From Xanthobacteraceae bacterium (GTDB taxonomy: Bacteria > Pseudomonadota > Alphaproteobacteria > Rhizobiales > Xanthobacteraceae): a stretch of DNA of 64,000 bases. Where the stretch lies: assembly GCA_035263865.1 (NCBI GenBank), contig DATFQX010000214.1, positions 1,631 through 65,630 of the forward strand. Reading direction: 5' to 3'. A model generated the notes under the pieces. That model worked only from the letters and a program-made list of their open reading frames with translations, had not been told where the DNA came from and made no database searches. Position numbers and translations under genes: made by a program. Positions within the stretch are counted from its first letter, which is position 1. Every line of letters begins with the position of its first letter. Shown piece by piece: positions 63,105-64,000 of the stretch.

Positions 63105-63190
63105 GGGGGCAGATCGAAGACGTCTGGTGGGGGCGCTCGTGCTACGAACCACTGAGTGATACTCTGTCGGATACCAAGTCGGGGAATACC

Positions 63191-64000
63191 ATGAAGCCTC
63201 CGCGCCGCCGGTTTCTGCATCTGGCCGCGGGTGCCGCCGCGCTTGCGGCCGTGTCGCGCATCGCGCGCGCGCAGTCCTATCCCACGCGGCCGGTGCGCAT
63301 CATCATCGGCTATCCGCCCGGCGGTAGTACCGACGTTATGGCGCGCCTGATCGGCCAACAGCTATCGGATCGCCTCGGGCAGCCATTCGTGCTTGAGAAC
63401 CGGCCGGGCGCCGGCACCAATATTGCGACCGAGGCCGTCGTGAAGGCGCCGCCGGACGGTTATACGCTGCTTGCGGTCGACGCCGCGCCTGCGATCAACA
63501 CGACGCTCTATCACAACCTCAATTTTGCTTTTCTGCGCGACATCGCGCCGGTTGCCTGCGTCAACAGCGCCCCGCTTTTCATGGTCGTCAATCCAGCGGT
63601 GCCCGCCAAGACCGTTCCCGAGTTCATTGCTTACGCCAAGGCGAACCCCCGTAAGGTCAACATGGCGTCGAATGGCAATGGCGCCCTCCTCCATCTCGCC
63701 GGCGAGCTGTTCAAGATGATGACCGGCGTCGAGATGGTGCACGTCCCCTATCGCGGCGCAGCACCCGCACTCACCGACCTGATGAGCGGCCAGGTGCAGG
63801 TGATGTTCGCCGCCTCGACCGTCGAGCACATCAAGGCTGGCAAAGTGCGCCCGTTGGCGGTGACCACCGCGACGCGTTCGGAGCTGCTGCCGGATATCCC
63901 CGCCCTGAGCGAGTTCCTGCCGGGTTATGACGCGGCTGCATGGATGGGCATCAGCGCACCGGCGAACACACCGCCTGAGATCATCGACAGACTGAACAAG
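63191..64000 (+). CDS. Bug/TctC family substrate-binding protein (3' end outside window)
   Basis: The ATG at 63191 starts MKPPRRRFLHLAAGAAALAAVSRIARA. YPTRPVRIIIGYPPGGSTDV and HVPYRGAAPALTDLMSGQVQ. The frame is open to the window edge and is absent from the ORF track. Confidence 0.9.
   Translation, partial: MKPPRRRFLHLAAGAAALAAVSRIARAQSYPTRPVRIIIGYPPGGSTDVMARLIGQQLSDRLGQPFVLENRPGAGTNIATEAVVKAPPDGYTLLAVDAAPAINTTLYHNLNFAFLRDIAPVACVNSAPLFMVVNPAVPAKTVPEFIAYAKANPRKVNMASNGNGALLHLAGELFKMMTGVEMVHVPYRGAAPALTDLMSGQVQVMFAASTVEHIKAGKVRPLAVTTATRSELLPDIPALSEFLPGYDAAAWMGISAPANTPPEIIDRLNK

Overview
High-GC (about 63-65% by eye) alphaproteobacterial chromosome. Gene content and repeat families look Bradyrhizobium/Nitrobacteraceae- or Xanthobacteraceae-like, but that assignment is inference only. 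Most of the window is ordinary metabolic and transport DNA: the 3' end of methylmalonyl-CoA mutase plus meaB, an ECF sigma/anti-sigma pair, seven Bug/TctC-type and two PF04392-type solute-binding proteins, two lone Mo-hydroxylase large subunits, a UbiD decarboxylase, a XylD-like dehydratase with a BDH2-like SDR, a PQQ sugar dehydrogenase, an L,D-transpeptidase and a class III cyclase. I found no rRNA, tRNA, CRISPR array, transposase or recognisable defence genes. Three parts deserve a second look. (1) A sugar/stress island at about 20.5-30.3 kb holds otsB-GH15-otsA, a Zn glucose dehydrogenase, a frameshifted sensory-rhodopsin-transducer (ASRT) homologue, and a GT4 + GDE-type glucosidase + DUF2277 operon of unknown product. 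That operon sits behind an exact GGAAC-N16-CGTT general-stress promoter motif, and similar motifs precede otsB and two small secreted-protein genes. (2) Two patches of gene decay. At 41.9-44.5 kb there is a terminase fragment and frameshifted small genes. At 54.1-58.4 kb there is a prophage-like regulatory remnant: a gcrA-like gene with TGA at a conserved Trp codon, an intact cI/S24-like repressor, GTAGTT/AACTAC operator-like repeats, flanking REP-like hairpin clusters and a doubly frameshifted DUF1330 gene. (3) An sRNA-like structure (a hairpin with a C-rich loop plus a strong intrinsic terminator) lies alone in a 600-bp intergenic gap at 7.3-7.9 kb. I cannot point to a convincing new multi-gene system. 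The best candidate for under-described biology is the stress-promoter-driven GT4/GDE/ASRT neighbourhood. Every family assignment rests on motif recall from the translations; no database search was run.
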